The notes under the pieces are model-generated. The model ran no database searches. It had not been told where the DNA came from and saw only the letters and a program-made list of their open reading frames with translations. Shown one piece after another: positions 21,840 to 32,259 of a DNA stretch of 64,000 nt. The position numbers and the translations under genes were made by a program. Location: the NCBI GenBank assembly GCA_963797685.1, contig CAWCQK010000001.1, forward strand, positions 199,127-263,126. Reading direction: 5' to 3'. Every line of letters starts with the position of its first letter. The stretch's first letter is position 1. The DNA comes from an uncultured Chloroflexia bacterium (GTDB taxonomy: Bacteria > Chloroflexota > Limnocylindria > Limnocylindrales > CSP1-4).

Positions 21840-22941
21840 CCATGCTCTTCCGTCGTCTGATCGTTTCGGGGGCCATGGTCGGCCTCCTCCTGGCTGCGGC
21901 CGTTCCGGTCGCGGCGAGCGGGCCGGGTCCGCGCGGGCCGAAACCGGACAACTCCTACGTCGTCAACCAGCTCGTCACGGGTCCAGGGAGCGACCCCGAC
22001 CTTCAGAACGCCTGGGGGCTGACCCGCTCCCCGGCCTCGCCATGGTGGGTCGCCAACAACGGAACCGGCTCGACGACGCTCTACCGTGGTGACGGCTCGA
22101 AGGTCCAGTCAGGGAGCGTCGCGGCTCGCGTCGGGATCCCCGGGTGGCGCACCGACCGGTGCGGCGTTCAACGGCGTCAGCACCGACTTCAACGGCGACA
22201 ACTTCCTGTTCGACAGCGAGGCCGGCATCATCTCCGGGTGGCGCGGCGCCTTCACGCTGACCGGCACCGCAGAGGTCGGCAATGGCGACCGCGCCGGCGA
22301 CGCCGTCTACAAGGGCCTCGCCATCGGGACCGCCGATGTCGGCGATGGTGCGCAGCAGTACCTCTACGCGACGGACTTCCATAACGGGCAGATCGACGTG
22401 CTCGATCGCACCTTCGCGTTCCAGACGTGGACGGGCGCCTTCCATGACCCGAAGCTCCCGAAGGGCTACGCCCCATTCGGGATCGCGAACCTCAACGGCA
22501 TGCTGTTCGTGACGTACGCCAAGACAGCAAAGTGGCAGCGACGACGAGCGAGCCGGCATGGGACGCGGTGTCGTCGACTCCTTCGCGACCGACGGGACGT
22601 TCCTCGGCCGGGTCGCGACGCCATGGCCAACTCAACGCCCCGTGGGGCCTGGCCTGGGCGCCGGCCGATTTCGGCCGGTTCAGCAACGACCTGATCGTCG
22701 GCAACTTCGGCGAACGGGAAGCTCCACGCCTTCCGCTGGAACGGCAAGAGCTGGCTTCCGGACGGCACGCTGAAGGGCTCGAACGGCGAGCCGGTCGTCA
22801 TCGACGGCCTGTGGGCGATCGAGTTCGGCGGCGGCACGAACGTTGCTGCACGACGGCGCGGCCAACCAGCTGTTCTACACGGCCGGCCCCGACGACGAGA
22901 ACGGCGGCGCGTTCGGAACGATCATGGCAACCAACCCCTGA
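21840..22941 (+). CDS. secreted TIGR03118-family protein (beta-propeller-like); at least 4 apparent frame errors
   Basis: Signal peptide MLFRRLIVSGAMVGLLLAAAVPVAASG, then ...VNQLVTGPGSDPDLQNAWGLTRSPASPWWVANNGTGSTTLY... continuing in other frames (...GIISGWRGAFTL...YATDFHNGQIDVLDRTF...FGIANLNGMLFVTYAK...WGLAWAPADFGRFSNDLIVGNFG...GLWAIEFGGG...). Confidence 0.5.
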
Positions 22942-23009
22942 GACGACGTCTCGGGTGGCGACTTGCGGGGCCGGCGATCGCCGGCCCCGCTCCATGTCTG
23001 CAGCGACGG

Positions 23010-23549
23010 TCAGCCGCTCGGGCCGAACAGGAGCGTCAGCCACCTCTCGAGCGGGCTGACCGATGTCGGGGCACCGAGCCGGACAGACGCCGAGCCCGGC
23101 GCATCCGACGGCAGCGGCGAGGCGCCGGGTGCCAGCGAGAAGGGGATCTCGTGGGCGCTACCGAGGCCGTAGCCGCGCGCCTGCTGGGCGATGAACGCAG
23201 GCTCCTGGATGACCTCCAGCTCGTGCTCCAGCCCCGCGACCTCGGCCTGCCGCGCGTCATTGGCGGCGACCATCGCCTCCGCCTTGCCGGTCGCCGCGGC
23301 GGCATCGGTCACCTCGCGCGCGAACAGGATCACGACCCAGGCCACGAGGGCCACGCCGAGCAGCGTCGCCATCCGTCGGCGGGTGAGACCGACGATCGGG
23401 AGGGTGGCCAGATCCGGCTCGCCCGTCGCTGACGCGCGCTCCCCCGGGGACGGGGTCGATCCCGTCTCGTCGGGGGCGTCATCGGTCGGCCTGGGGAAGA
23501 GCCGGCGAACCATCCGCGCGAGCGTAGCTACACCCCGCGACGGTGTCAA
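23010..23549 (-). CDS. septum formation initiator (FtsB/DivIC-like) protein
   Basis: Single TM (LLGVALVAWVVILF) followed by a coiled coil (ANDARQAEVAGLEHELEVIQEPAFIAQQARGYGLG) typical of FtsB/DivIC. Confidence 0.55.
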   Translation of the reverse strand: MTPSRGVATLARMVRRLFPRPTDDAPDETGSTPSPGERASATGEPDLATLPIVGLTRRRMATLLGVALVAWVVILFAREVTDAAAATGKAEAMVAANDARQAEVAGLEHELEVIQEPAFIAQQARGYGLGSAHEIPFSLAPGASPLPSDAPGSASVRLGAPTSVSPLERWLTLLFGPSG

Positions 23550-23615
23550 CTCGAACCGCGTGTGACAGCCAACCTGTCACGCCCGTGGCCGAGCGTCTGC
23601 TAGACTCGCGCCGTT

Positions 23616-23631
23616 TCGAACATCCGTTCGT
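23616..23631. promoter_or_regulatory. LexA (SOS) box of the actinobacterial/Gram-positive type, TCGAAC-N4-GTTCGt
   Basis: The sequence tcgaacatccgttcgt matches the mycobacterial consensus TCGAAC-N4-GTTCGA at 11 of 12 positions. It sits about 17 nt upstream of the mrfA-like ATG. Confidence 0.5.
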
Positions 23632-23647
23632 TCCCGAGGCACCGACG

Positions 23648-25965
23648 ATGCGCACCTACGCCCCCGCCGAACCCGGAGCCGTCCTCGCGTCGCTCCTGGC
23701 CGAACCATCGCTTGCCCGCGGCGTGATCCACCATGCGCTGCTCCCCGCCCGCGACGCGCTCCACGCGGATTTCCCCGACTGGCTCGATGGCCGGATCGTG
23801 GCCGGGCTCGAAACGCGCGGGATCGTCCGGCCGTACACCCACCAGGCCGAGGCGATCGAGGAGATCCATGCCGGCCGGGACGTCGTCGTCGTCACCCCGA
23901 CCGCGTCGGGCAAGACGCCTGTGCTATGCGCTGCCGATCATGCAGGCCATCGCCGACGACCCCGCGGCGCGGGCGCTGCTGCTGTTCCCGACCAAGGCGC
24001 TCGGCCAGGACCAGGTCGCCGAGTTCGGCGAGCTGACGACCGCCGCCGGTCTGACGATCTCGACCTCGACCTACGACGGCGACACGCCGGCGCCGATCCG
24101 GTCGGCGATCCGAGCCGCCGGGCAGGTCGTGGTGACCAACCCGGACATGCTCCACTCGGCGATCCTGCCGCATCACACCAAGTGGTTCCAGCTGTTCGAG
24201 CAGCTCCGCTACATCGTGGTCGACGAGCTGCACACCTATCGCGGCGTGTTCGGCAGCCACGTCGCCAACGTCCTCCGCCGGCTGCTCCGCATCTGCGCCC
24301 ACTACGGCAGCCATCCGGTCATCGTCTGCTGCTCTGCGACCATCGGGAACCCGGCCGAGCTGGCCGAGATGCTCATCGGCCGGCCGGTACGGCTGGTGGA
24401 CCGGAACGGCGCTCCGGCCGGCGAGCGCCACGTCGTCCTCGTCGACCCGCCGATCCTCCACCCGGAGAGCGGCGCCCGGAGCTCCGCGCTGACCCTCGCC
24501 CAACGCTGGGCGCTGCCGTTCCTGCGGGCCGGGCGCCAGACCATCGTCTTCGGCCGCTCGCGCGTGGCGGTCGAGATCCTGCTGACCGGCCTGCGCGAGT
24601 CGCTGCGCGAGAGCTACGGCCCGCGCAGCCGGGTCCGCGGCTACCGCGGCGGCTACCTGCCGACCGAGCGGCGGGCGATCGAACGCGGCCTGCGCGACGG
24701 CGAGATCCTCGGCGTGGTGGCGACCAACGCGCTCGAGCTCGGCGTGGACATCGGCCGGCTCGACGTGTCGATCCTGGCGGGCTACCCGGGCTCGGTCGCC
24801 GGGACGTGGCAGCAGTTCGGCCGGGCGGGTCGCCGCCACGGGACGAGCGTCGCGATCCTGGTCGCCTCGGGAGCGCCGGTCGACCAGTACGTCATCCACC
24901 ACCCGGAGTTCCTGCTCGAGGGAACGCCCGAGGAGGCCCGGCTCGACCCCGACAACCTGCACGTCCTGCTCGCCCATCTGCGCGCGGCGACGTTCGAGCT
25001 GCCGTTCGAGCCTGGCGAGGTCTTCGGGCCGGGCCCGGCCGACGACCTGCTCGCGTTCCTCGCCGAATCCGGCCACGTCCGCCAGGCAGGCGACGGACGC
25101 TGGTACTGGTCGAGCGAGAACTTCCCGGCCTCGGAGATCTCGCTCCGCACGGCCGCGCCGGAGAACGTCGTCATCATCGACACCACGCCCGACCGCCCGC
25201 GCGTCCTCGGCGAGGTCGACCTGTTCAGCGCCCAGGTGCTCGTCCACGAGCGTGCGATCTACATCCACGAATCGGTCCAGTACTACGTGGACCGGCTGGA
25301 ATGGCACGAGCGCAAGGCGTACGTCCATCGGATCGACGTCGACCACTACACCTACGCCAACCGCGCGGTCACGCTCAAGCCGCTCGAGATCTTCGCCGAG
25401 GCAGGGGCGGTCGGGTGGCCGGCGGATCCACGGCGAGGTGATGGTCGCGAGCCTCGTCACCCTGTTCAAGAAGCTCAAGTTCCTGACCGACGAGAACGTC
25501 GGCTGGGGTCCGATCGACCTGCCCGAGCTCGAGCTCCAGACGACCGCGTACTGGCTGACCGCCGAGGCCGCCCGCTCGAACTGGCGGCGCGACGAGCTCG
25601 ACATCGCGCTGCTCGGTGCCGGTCGCGCGATCCAGACGGTCGCCGCGATCCACCTGATGGTCGATCCGCGCGACCTCGGGCTGGTGACCCAGGTCCGCTC
25701 CCCGCACTCGGAGCAGCCGACGATCTACCTGTACGAGGCGGTGCCCGGCGGGGTCGGCCTGTCGGAGCGGCTGTGGGACCGCCACGCCGAGCTCCTGTCG
25801 GCCGCTGCCGGGCTCATCGCCGGCTGCGACTGCGACATGGGCTGTCCCGCCTGCACCGGGCCACGCCTCGAGCCCGACGTCGACGCCCGAGCACTGGCTC
25901 TCCGGCTGCTCGCCGAGCTCGGCGCTCCGGTCGGCACGACGGCGCCCGCTCTTCCGACGCCGTGA
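23648..25965 (+). CDS. mrfA: MrfA/YprA-like DEAD/DEAH-box helicase with a C-terminal DUF1998 zinc-finger domain; 2 apparent single-base insertions
   Basis: DEXH helicase motifs (TPTASGKT|LCYALP, VVDELH, SAT, QQFGRAGR) and the DUF1998 signature CDCDMGCPACTG at the C-terminus. Insertions resolved near 23920 (acgc[c]tgtg) and 25430 (gtcgg[g]tgg). Confidence 0.75.
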
Positions 25966-27447
25966 TCGACGCCTCGACGACGCTGAGCCGCCGCCTCGAG
26001 CGCTACCGCGCGGCGACGAGGCCACCGCCGGCGAGCCTCGCACGGGTCAGCGTCGATGACCTCGCCGCTCGGCTTGCGGAGGCGGTCGACGGCGAGGTCG
26101 TCCGCGGACCGGAAGGCGTGATCGTCCGGCGCGACACGCCGAGCCGGCCTCTGCCGGTCGATCGCTGGCGGCTGGCGGTGCTTCCCGGGCAGCCGCCGCC
26201 CGACGTGCCCCTGGTCTGCCTCGACACGGAGACGACCGGGCTGGCGACTGCTGCCGGGACGATGGCGTTCCTGATCGGCCTCGGCTGGTGGGAGGCGGAC
26301 TCGTTCCGCCAGGTCCAGCTGCTCCTCCCCGACCACGCCGAGGAGCGCGGCGCTGCTGAGCGCCCTCGAGGCGGCCATCCCGCGCTCCGCCTGGCTCGTC
26401 ACGTACAACGGGCGCGGCTTCGACTGGCCGCTGCTCGACCACCCGGTTCCGGATGGCGCGTCGCTCCGCGCCGGCCCATGCCGGCCACCTCGACCTGCTG
26501 CCGACCGTGCGCCGGCTGTTCCGGCACCGGATGGCCGACGCCCGCTTGCGGACCGCGGAGGCCGAGCTCCTCGGTCTCCACCGGATCGGCGACGTGGACG
26601 GCTGGGAGATCCCCGGTCGCTACCTGCGCTTCCTGGCGCGGCGCCCCTGCCACCGAGCTCGCCGAGGTCGTCCGACACAACGACCAGGACGTGCGCTCGC
26701 TCGGTCGGCTCATGGCATACCTCGAGACGCGACTCGGCGATCCGGGGGTTCGCGCCGAGGCGCCACCGGGCGATCTGGCCGGGCTCGGCCGCGCCTTCGC
26801 ACGCGAACGGCGCCTGAGCGAGGCGCTCGACTGCCTCGAGGCCGCCATCGACCGCCCGGTCGCGCCACCGCCCGCACCGCCCGAGCGACCCGAACCGCCC
26901 GTGCGCACGGATCGACCCGGCTTGGTCCCGGCCCGCACCGACCAGCGGACCGCAGCCCGAGGAGCCGTGGTGGTCGCCGCGCCGGCCCGCGGACTATGGC
27001 GGGCGACCGAGCCGCCCGGTCGAGCTCGGGCCTCCACGGACGGCACAGTTCGACGCGCCCTGGACATCGGAGCGGATCCTCATCGAGCGCGCCCATCTCC
27101 TGCGCCGGATCGGGCGGCATCGCGATGCCGTCGACGCCTGGTCGGTGTTGATGGGCGGCTCCGGACGGAGCGCCATCGTGGCCGCGATCGAGGTCTCCAA
27201 GCTGCGCGAGCACCGTCTTCGAGATCGGTCCGGCTCGCTGGTGGCCGCGCTCCACGGGCTCGACACGATCGAGCGCCGCCGTCGCCTCGGTCGGCCGGAG
27301 CCGGCCCTCGAGGCGGACCTGCACCGCCGCGTCCAGCGCCTCCGTCATCGGCTCGCCCAGCTGCCGCCGACCACGACGCGGCGGCAGACCGCCAGACCGC
27401 ATCCACCAGCTTCAGTCGAGGTCGACGCCGCCCGTCCCGACCTGTGA
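25962..27447 (+). CDS. mrfB: MrfB/YprB-like DnaQ-fold (RNase H-like) 3'-5' exonuclease; at least 3 apparent frame errors
   Basis: The GTG start overlaps the mrfA stop (GTGA). Exo I motif VCLDTETTGL, then YNGRGFDWPLL and HLDLLP...WEIPGRY in other frames. C-terminal helical region. Convergent overlap with the pfkB-family gene. Confidence 0.6.
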
Positions 27448-28383
27448 CGCCTCGCTCGGGATGACCGCCCGGCGGACCCGTTCACGCGCGCGACGGACCA
27501 GTACGGCCGCCCGATCCGGGACCCCCGCGAGTCCCGGGCCCTCGACCGCGAGCGAGCCGGCCGCTGCAGCGAACCGGAGATCCGGGCGACGTCGTGCGCG
27601 CGTCCGCCCCACGATCGCCGGCTGCAGCACGGACGCCAGCAACGCGGCGAGGAACGTGTCACCCGCGCCGGTCGGGTCGATCTCGCGGTCGGTGGCGGTC
27701 GGCAGGTAGCGCAACGTCTCGGTCGGACCGTCCCCTCCGGCGACGACCATCAGCCCGCCGCGACTGCCCTGCGTGACCAGCAGGTCCGCGCCCGGGCGAA
27801 GGAAGGTGACCAGCGTCGCGAGCGGCGTCCTGGGATCCAGGTCGTGATGGCTGACCCCGACGAGGTCGCCTCGGCTGACGACGGCCGACGAGACTGGAGG
27901 CCGGCGACCGACCTCCCGGCCCGCTGCCAGCTCGCGCAGGAACCCTTGCCAGCCGACCGCGACCACGGCGTCGTCCGGGATCTCAGCGGCCCACGCCTCG
28001 CCGACCTCGCCCGCGACCGGGACGAGCGACCAGGCACGCGCCGCCGCCCACGAGCCCGGCAGGGCCGGGATGCCGAGAGGCACCCCCACCGCATGACAGA
28101 TCTGGATCCGGCCGCCGGCCGCCTCCTGATTGTCGAAGACGGGTGCCTCGGGCAGGCGCGCAAGCATGATGTCGACCCCTGCGTCTGCCAGCAGGTCGAG
28201 CTCGTGCGCGCCGGCGGACGCGTCGTCGACCCCGATGTACGCCGCGGTCCGCAGTCCGAGCCGGGCCGTCGTGAGAGCCGCATACGTCACGCCGCCGCCG
28301 AGACGCCAGCCGCGCGGATCGTCGGGCGTCAGGTCACGGCTGGCCGAGCCGACGTGCAGGACATCGATCCGCCGTCCGCTCAT
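27412..28383 (-). CDS. PfkB-family carbohydrate kinase (ribokinase-like)
   Basis: 323 aa. GG dipeptide, NxxE region and the C-terminal DPTGAGDTFLAALLA anion-hole motif. Confidence 0.75.
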   Translation of the reverse strand: MSGRRIDVLHVGSASRDLTPDDPRGWRLGGGVTYAALTTARLGLRTAAYIGVDDASAGAHELDLLADAGVDIMLARLPEAPVFDNQEAAGGRIQICHAVGVPLGIPALPGSWAAARAWSLVPVAGEVGEAWAAEIPDDAVVAVGWQGFLRELAAGREVGRRPPVSSAVVSRGDLVGVSHHDLDPRTPLATLVTFLRPGADLLVTQGSRGGLMVVAGGDGPTETLRYLPTATDREIDPTGAGDTFLAALLASVLQPAIVGRTRARRRPDLRFAAAAGSLAVEGPGLAGVPDRAAVLVRRARERVRRAVIPSEASQVGTGGVDLD

Positions 28384-28460
28384 CGCCCTCCTCCCAGCGG
28401 GTCGATCGGGGACCCGGTCGTATACTTGGCGGCCCGATCCAGCCGCACGATGGAGTCGAC

Positions 28461-28859
28461 GTGTTCTTCTACGAGCTGCACGAAGGCGACAACGAGGTCT
28501 TCACCGACGTCCTAGTCGTCAGCGAGTCCGAATGGGAGCCCGACGAGTTCTTCGAGCTCGTCCAGACCATCCGCCGGCGCATCCAGGACTCGTTCATCCA
28601 CGATACCCTCAGCGAGTCGATCGCCGTCGAGCTCGAGCGCGACCACGGGTTCGTGAATGTCAGCGACGACCGGATCGTCGCCGCGGTCAACGTGTCGACC
28701 GACGACGCCGAGAACGTCCTGCTGTCGACCGAGGTCGAGCTGGCCGACGCCGCCGAGGACGAGGACGATGACGACATCGACCCCGAGCAGGACCTCGACG
28801 AGGGCAAGGCGTTCAACACCGTCATCGCCGAGTTCGACCCGCGCAGCCGCCTGAACTGA
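28461..28859 (+). CDS. acidic hypothetical protein (pI about 3.5)
   Basis: 132 aa. Coding-like codon usage, a DEDDDDIDPEQDLDE acidic tail, no recognisable family. Confidence 0.4.
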   Translation: MFFYELHEGDNEVFTDVLVVSESEWEPDEFFELVQTIRRRIQDSFIHDTLSESIAVELERDHGFVNVSDDRIVAAVNVSTDDAENVLLSTEVELADAAEDEDDDDIDPEQDLDEGKAFNTVIAEFDPRSRLN

Positions 28860-29963
28860 TCACTTGGAGAACAGGATCTCCAGCACGTCACCGTCGCGGA
28901 CGCGGTAGGTCTTCCCCTCCGAGCGGAGGCGGCCCGCCTTGCGTGCCTCGGCCATCGAGCCGAGCGTCACCAGGTCGTCGTAGTGGACCGTCTCGGCGCG
29001 GATGAACCCGCGCGCGAGGTCGGTGTGGATCGCTCCGGCCGCGTCGACCGCGGTCGAGCCATCGGGGATCGGCCAGGCGCGGACCTCGTCGGGGCCGGCG
29101 GTCAGGAACGACACGAGCCCGAGCAGTCGATACGACAGGGCGATGACCCGGTCCAGCCCGGAGTCCGCGATGCCGAGCTCCTCCATGAACACGGCCGCCT
29201 CGTCCGGCTCGAGCTCGCCGAGCTCCATCTCGATCTTGGCCGACAGGGCCGCCACCAGCGCGTGGTCGTGCGCGTAGGCGGCACTCACCCGGTCCACGAG
29301 CCCGGGTGCGCCCGCGATGTCCGCCTCGCCGACGTTGAGCAGCACGAGGACCGGCTTCTGGGTCAGGAACCGGAACCCGCGGATGGCCTTCTCGTCGTCG
29401 ACGTCGAGGCCGAGATCGCGGATGGGCTTGCCGGCCTCGAGCCCGGCCAGGATGCGGCGCAGGACGACATCCTCGCGTTCGGCTGCCTCGCGTTCGGCCG
29501 GCGTCCCGTGGCGCGCGCTGGTCTTGAGCCGCTCGATCCGACGCTCGGTCATCGCCAGGTCGGCCATCAGGAACTCGAGGTCGAGGCGCTCGACGTCGCG
29601 GACGGGATCCACGCTCCCCTCGGGGTGCGGGTTGGCGGGGTCCTCGAACGCACGCGCGACGTGGAGCAGCGCGTCCGAATCGCGCAGCCGGCCGAGGTGG
29701 TCGGCGGGCAGCTCCTCGGTGCCGATGTGGCCCTCCGATGAGGCCGGCGGGGCGGGCAGGTCGACGTAGGTCACGTCGGCCTGGACGATCTTCTTCGGCT
29801 TGAAGATGCCGGCCAGCGTGTCGAGCCGCGGATCCGGGACCTTGACGACGCCGACGTTGAGCGTGACGCCGCCGAAACCGCCGGTCTCGGCGTGACCGCG
29901 GGTCAGCGTGTTGAAGACGGTGGTCTTGCCCGAACCGGCAAGCCCGACGATGGCGATCTGCAT
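28860..29963 (-). CDS. ychF: ribosome-binding ATPase YchF (Obg family)
   Basis: 367 aa. G1 (GLAGSGKTT), VPDPRLDTLAGIFKPKK and the C-terminal TGS domain (GFIRAETVHYDDL...GKTYRVRDGDVLEILF). Confidence 0.8.
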   Translation of the reverse strand: MQIAIVGLAGSGKTTVFNTLTRGHAETGGFGGVTLNVGVVKVPDPRLDTLAGIFKPKKIVQADVTYVDLPAPPASSEGHIGTEELPADHLGRLRDSDALLHVARAFEDPANPHPEGSVDPVRDVERLDLEFLMADLAMTERRIERLKTSARHGTPAEREAAEREDVVLRRILAGLEAGKPIRDLGLDVDDEKAIRGFRFLTQKPVLVLLNVGEADIAGAPGLVDRVSAAYAHDHALVAALSAKIEMELGELEPDEAAVFMEELGIADSGLDRVIALSYRLLGLVSFLTAGPDEVRAWPIPDGSTAVDAAGAIHTDLARGFIRAETVHYDDLVTLGSMAEARKAGRLRSEGKTYRVRDGDVLEILFSK

Positions 29964-29983
29964 CCGCGCGATCGTCGCAGAGA

Positions 29984-31048
29984 TCAGTAGCCGGCGCTCG
30001 GGTCCACCACGTTGAGCAGCGGCTCTCCGGTCGCGAAGCGGCGGAGGTTGTCGCAGAACAGCTCGACGCTGCGGTCGAGCACCCGCCCGCTCGACCAGGC
30101 CGTGTGCGGGGTCACGATGACGTTGGGCAGGTCGTAGAACGACGACATCGGGGGCAGCGGCTCGTCGCGGAACGTGTCGAGCACCGCCCCGCCGATCGTC
30201 CCGTCGCGGAGCGCCCGCAGGAGCGCCCGCTCATCGATGAGCCGGCCGCGGGCCACGTTGATCAGCCACGCGCCGGGCTTGACCAGCGACAGGGTCTCGG
30301 CATCGATCATGTCCTCGGTCTCCGGCGTCAGGGGCGCGGCCAGGACGATGAAATCGGACTCGGCCAGGAGCTCGGGCAGCGTTTCGGGGCCACCGACCCG
30401 GTCGAGCTTCAGCGCGCCCAGCGACCCAGCGTCCTCGGCGGACGCGCCCGCTGCCGGGTCCACCTCGGCGCGTCGGCGGACCGCGACCACCCGGCAGCCG
30501 AATGCGGTGGCGAGCTCGCCGACCGCCCGGCCGATCGAGCCGAGCCCGACGATCCCGACGGTGACGTCGCGCAGCTCGGCACCCTCGAGCGGCTGCCATG
30601 TCCGTTCGCGCTGGAGCTCGAGCAGCTGCGGCAGCCGGCGGCTGACGGCCAGGATCATCATCAGGACGTACTCGGCGATCGGCCGGCTGAACACGCCGCG
30701 GGCGTTGGTGACCACGACGCCGCGCTCGAGGGCCGACGGGGTCAGTGCCCGCTCGACGCCCGACGTCGCCGAGTGGACCCAGCTGAGCCGGGGCGCACGG
30801 ACGAGGATGCGGTCGAATGCGTCCGAGCTGAGCCAGCCGCGGAGCATGACCTCCACGTCATCGAGCGGGCCGTCGGCGAGCCCCTCGACCGAGACCATGA
30901 CGAGGCGGGCGTCCGGCGCGGCGGCGCGGATGCGTTCGAGGTCCCGGGCCCGGTACCGTGCTGAGAGGATCGGGCTGAGCGCGATGGCCGATGGCGCTCC
31001 ACCTCGCCCGGAGCCGGGTCCGGCCCGGCGGACGGTTTCCTCGGTCAT
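29984..31048 (-). CDS. D-isomer-specific 2-hydroxyacid dehydrogenase (NAD-binding)
   Basis: NAD-binding GIVGLGSIGRAV and catalytic R/E/H (NVARGRLIDE...TPHTAW). The ATG start overlaps the upstream stop (ATGA). Confidence 0.8.
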   Translation of the reverse strand: MTEETVRRAGPGSGRGGAPSAIALSPILSARYRARDLERIRAAAPDARLVMVSVEGLADGPLDDVEVMLRGWLSSDAFDRILVRAPRLSWVHSATSGVERALTPSALERGVVVTNARGVFSRPIAEYVLMMILAVSRRLPQLLELQRERTWQPLEGAELRDVTVGIVGLGSIGRAVGELATAFGCRVVAVRRRAEVDPAAGASAEDAGSLGALKLDRVGGPETLPELLAESDFIVLAAPLTPETEDMIDAETLSLVKPGAWLINVARGRLIDERALLRALRDGTIGGAVLDTFRDEPLPPMSSFYDLPNVIVTPHTAWSSGRVLDRSVELFCDNLRRFATGEPLLNVVDPSAGY

Positions 31049-32259
31049 CCCCCGGACCCGTCCAGCACGCGAGCGATCCAGCGCTCGGGCGCCTCGATCT
31101 CGCCGTCGCGCGGGAGCGTGTCGGGGCCTTCCCACAGGCGGGTCAGGGCGGTGCTGCCGCGCCGATCGGCGATGGCCCGCACGAACTTCTCGCCCTTCTT
31201 GTACTGCTCCATCTTGAGGTCCATGCCGGTCAGCCGGAGCATCGAGCGCTCGAACGGCGTGCGCTTGGTCCGGCGCTCGTGGAATCGCTCGCTGATCTGC
31301 GCCACGCCCGGGACCAGGTCCTTCCCGACCTCGTCCATGACGTAGTCGCTGAACCCCTCGAGCAGGCTCATCACCGCCTGGGTCTCGCGGAACAGGGCCT
31401 TCTGCTCGGGGCCCATCAGCCGCTCGAGCCAGTGCTCGCCGCCGGCTTCGCCACGGATCGAGCGGCCGAGCCCTCGAAGCGCTTCGCGCCCAAGGCCGCG
31501 CGCGTCGCGCCCGAACAGGGTCAGCTGGCGTTCGAGTCGCTCGGCCAGGTACGGCCGGAGCCACGGATGCGCTTCGAACTCGAAGGCGTGGGTCGTCTCG
31601 TGGAGGGCGATCCATGTGCGGAACGGGCCGATCGGCACGCCCAGGGCGCGCGCGGTCGTCCGGATGTTCTCCTCGACGAACAGGAGGCGCCCGGGCGCCG
31701 CTTCGGCGGTCAGCAGCGCGAGGTCGTACTGGCCCAGGACGCGCGAGCCCATGAAGCCCAGCAGCAAGCCCAGCTGGCGGGTCGTGATCCAGCGGTTGGC
31801 GAGGGCCATCGTCGCCTTCGCGAGCCCGCCACCGGGCGGCATGACCTGCTCGAGCAGCTCGGTCTCGATCTTGCTCATCAGCGATGCGAACGAGCCGGTG
31901 TTGGCGTGCACCCAGCCGGCGCGGTCGACCACCCCGGACCGCTCGACGACGCCGGGCAGCTCGGCGCCGAGAGCGGCCCCCAGCGCCGGGACGATCTTGG
32001 TCATCGCCTCGGCGTAGGCCGGTTCCGCGGCGCGCAGCTCGGCCGGAGCGAGGGTGCCCGGCGCGTGCCGCAGGCGGCCGATCGCGATGCGCTCCACCTC
32101 CGGCCAGTCGACGAGCCCGCGGCGCGCGGCCTTCTCGGCGTGCCGGCCGGCCACGGTCGCGGCCGCCCCGAGCGCCGAGCCGATCAGGAAGCCCGCCTGC
32201 CAGATCCGATCGTCCCGCCATGTCGGGCGGTCCGGCGGTCGGTTCGATCGGTCGGTCAT
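31045..32259 (-). CDS. zinc-dependent metalloprotease, DUF2342 family (F420-biosynthesis-associated hydrolase-like)
   Basis: 404 aa. HExxH (HETTHAFEF). Overall similarity to the actinobacterial DUF2342 / TIGR03624 family. Confidence 0.7.
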   Translation of the reverse strand: MTDRSNRPPDRPTWRDDRIWQAGFLIGSALGAAATVAGRHAEKAARRGLVDWPEVERIAIGRLRHAPGTLAPAELRAAEPAYAEAMTKIVPALGAALGAELPGVVERSGVVDRAGWVHANTGSFASLMSKIETELLEQVMPPGGGLAKATMALANRWITTRQLGLLLGFMGSRVLGQYDLALLTAEAAPGRLLFVEENIRTTARALGVPIGPFRTWIALHETTHAFEFEAHPWLRPYLAERLERQLTLFGRDARGLGREALRGLGRSIRGEAGGEHWLERLMGPEQKALFRETQAVMSLLEGFSDYVMDEVGKDLVPGVAQISERFHERRTKRTPFERSMLRLTGMDLKMEQYKKGEKFVRAIADRRGSTALTRLWEGPDTLPRDGEIEAPERWIARVLDGSGG

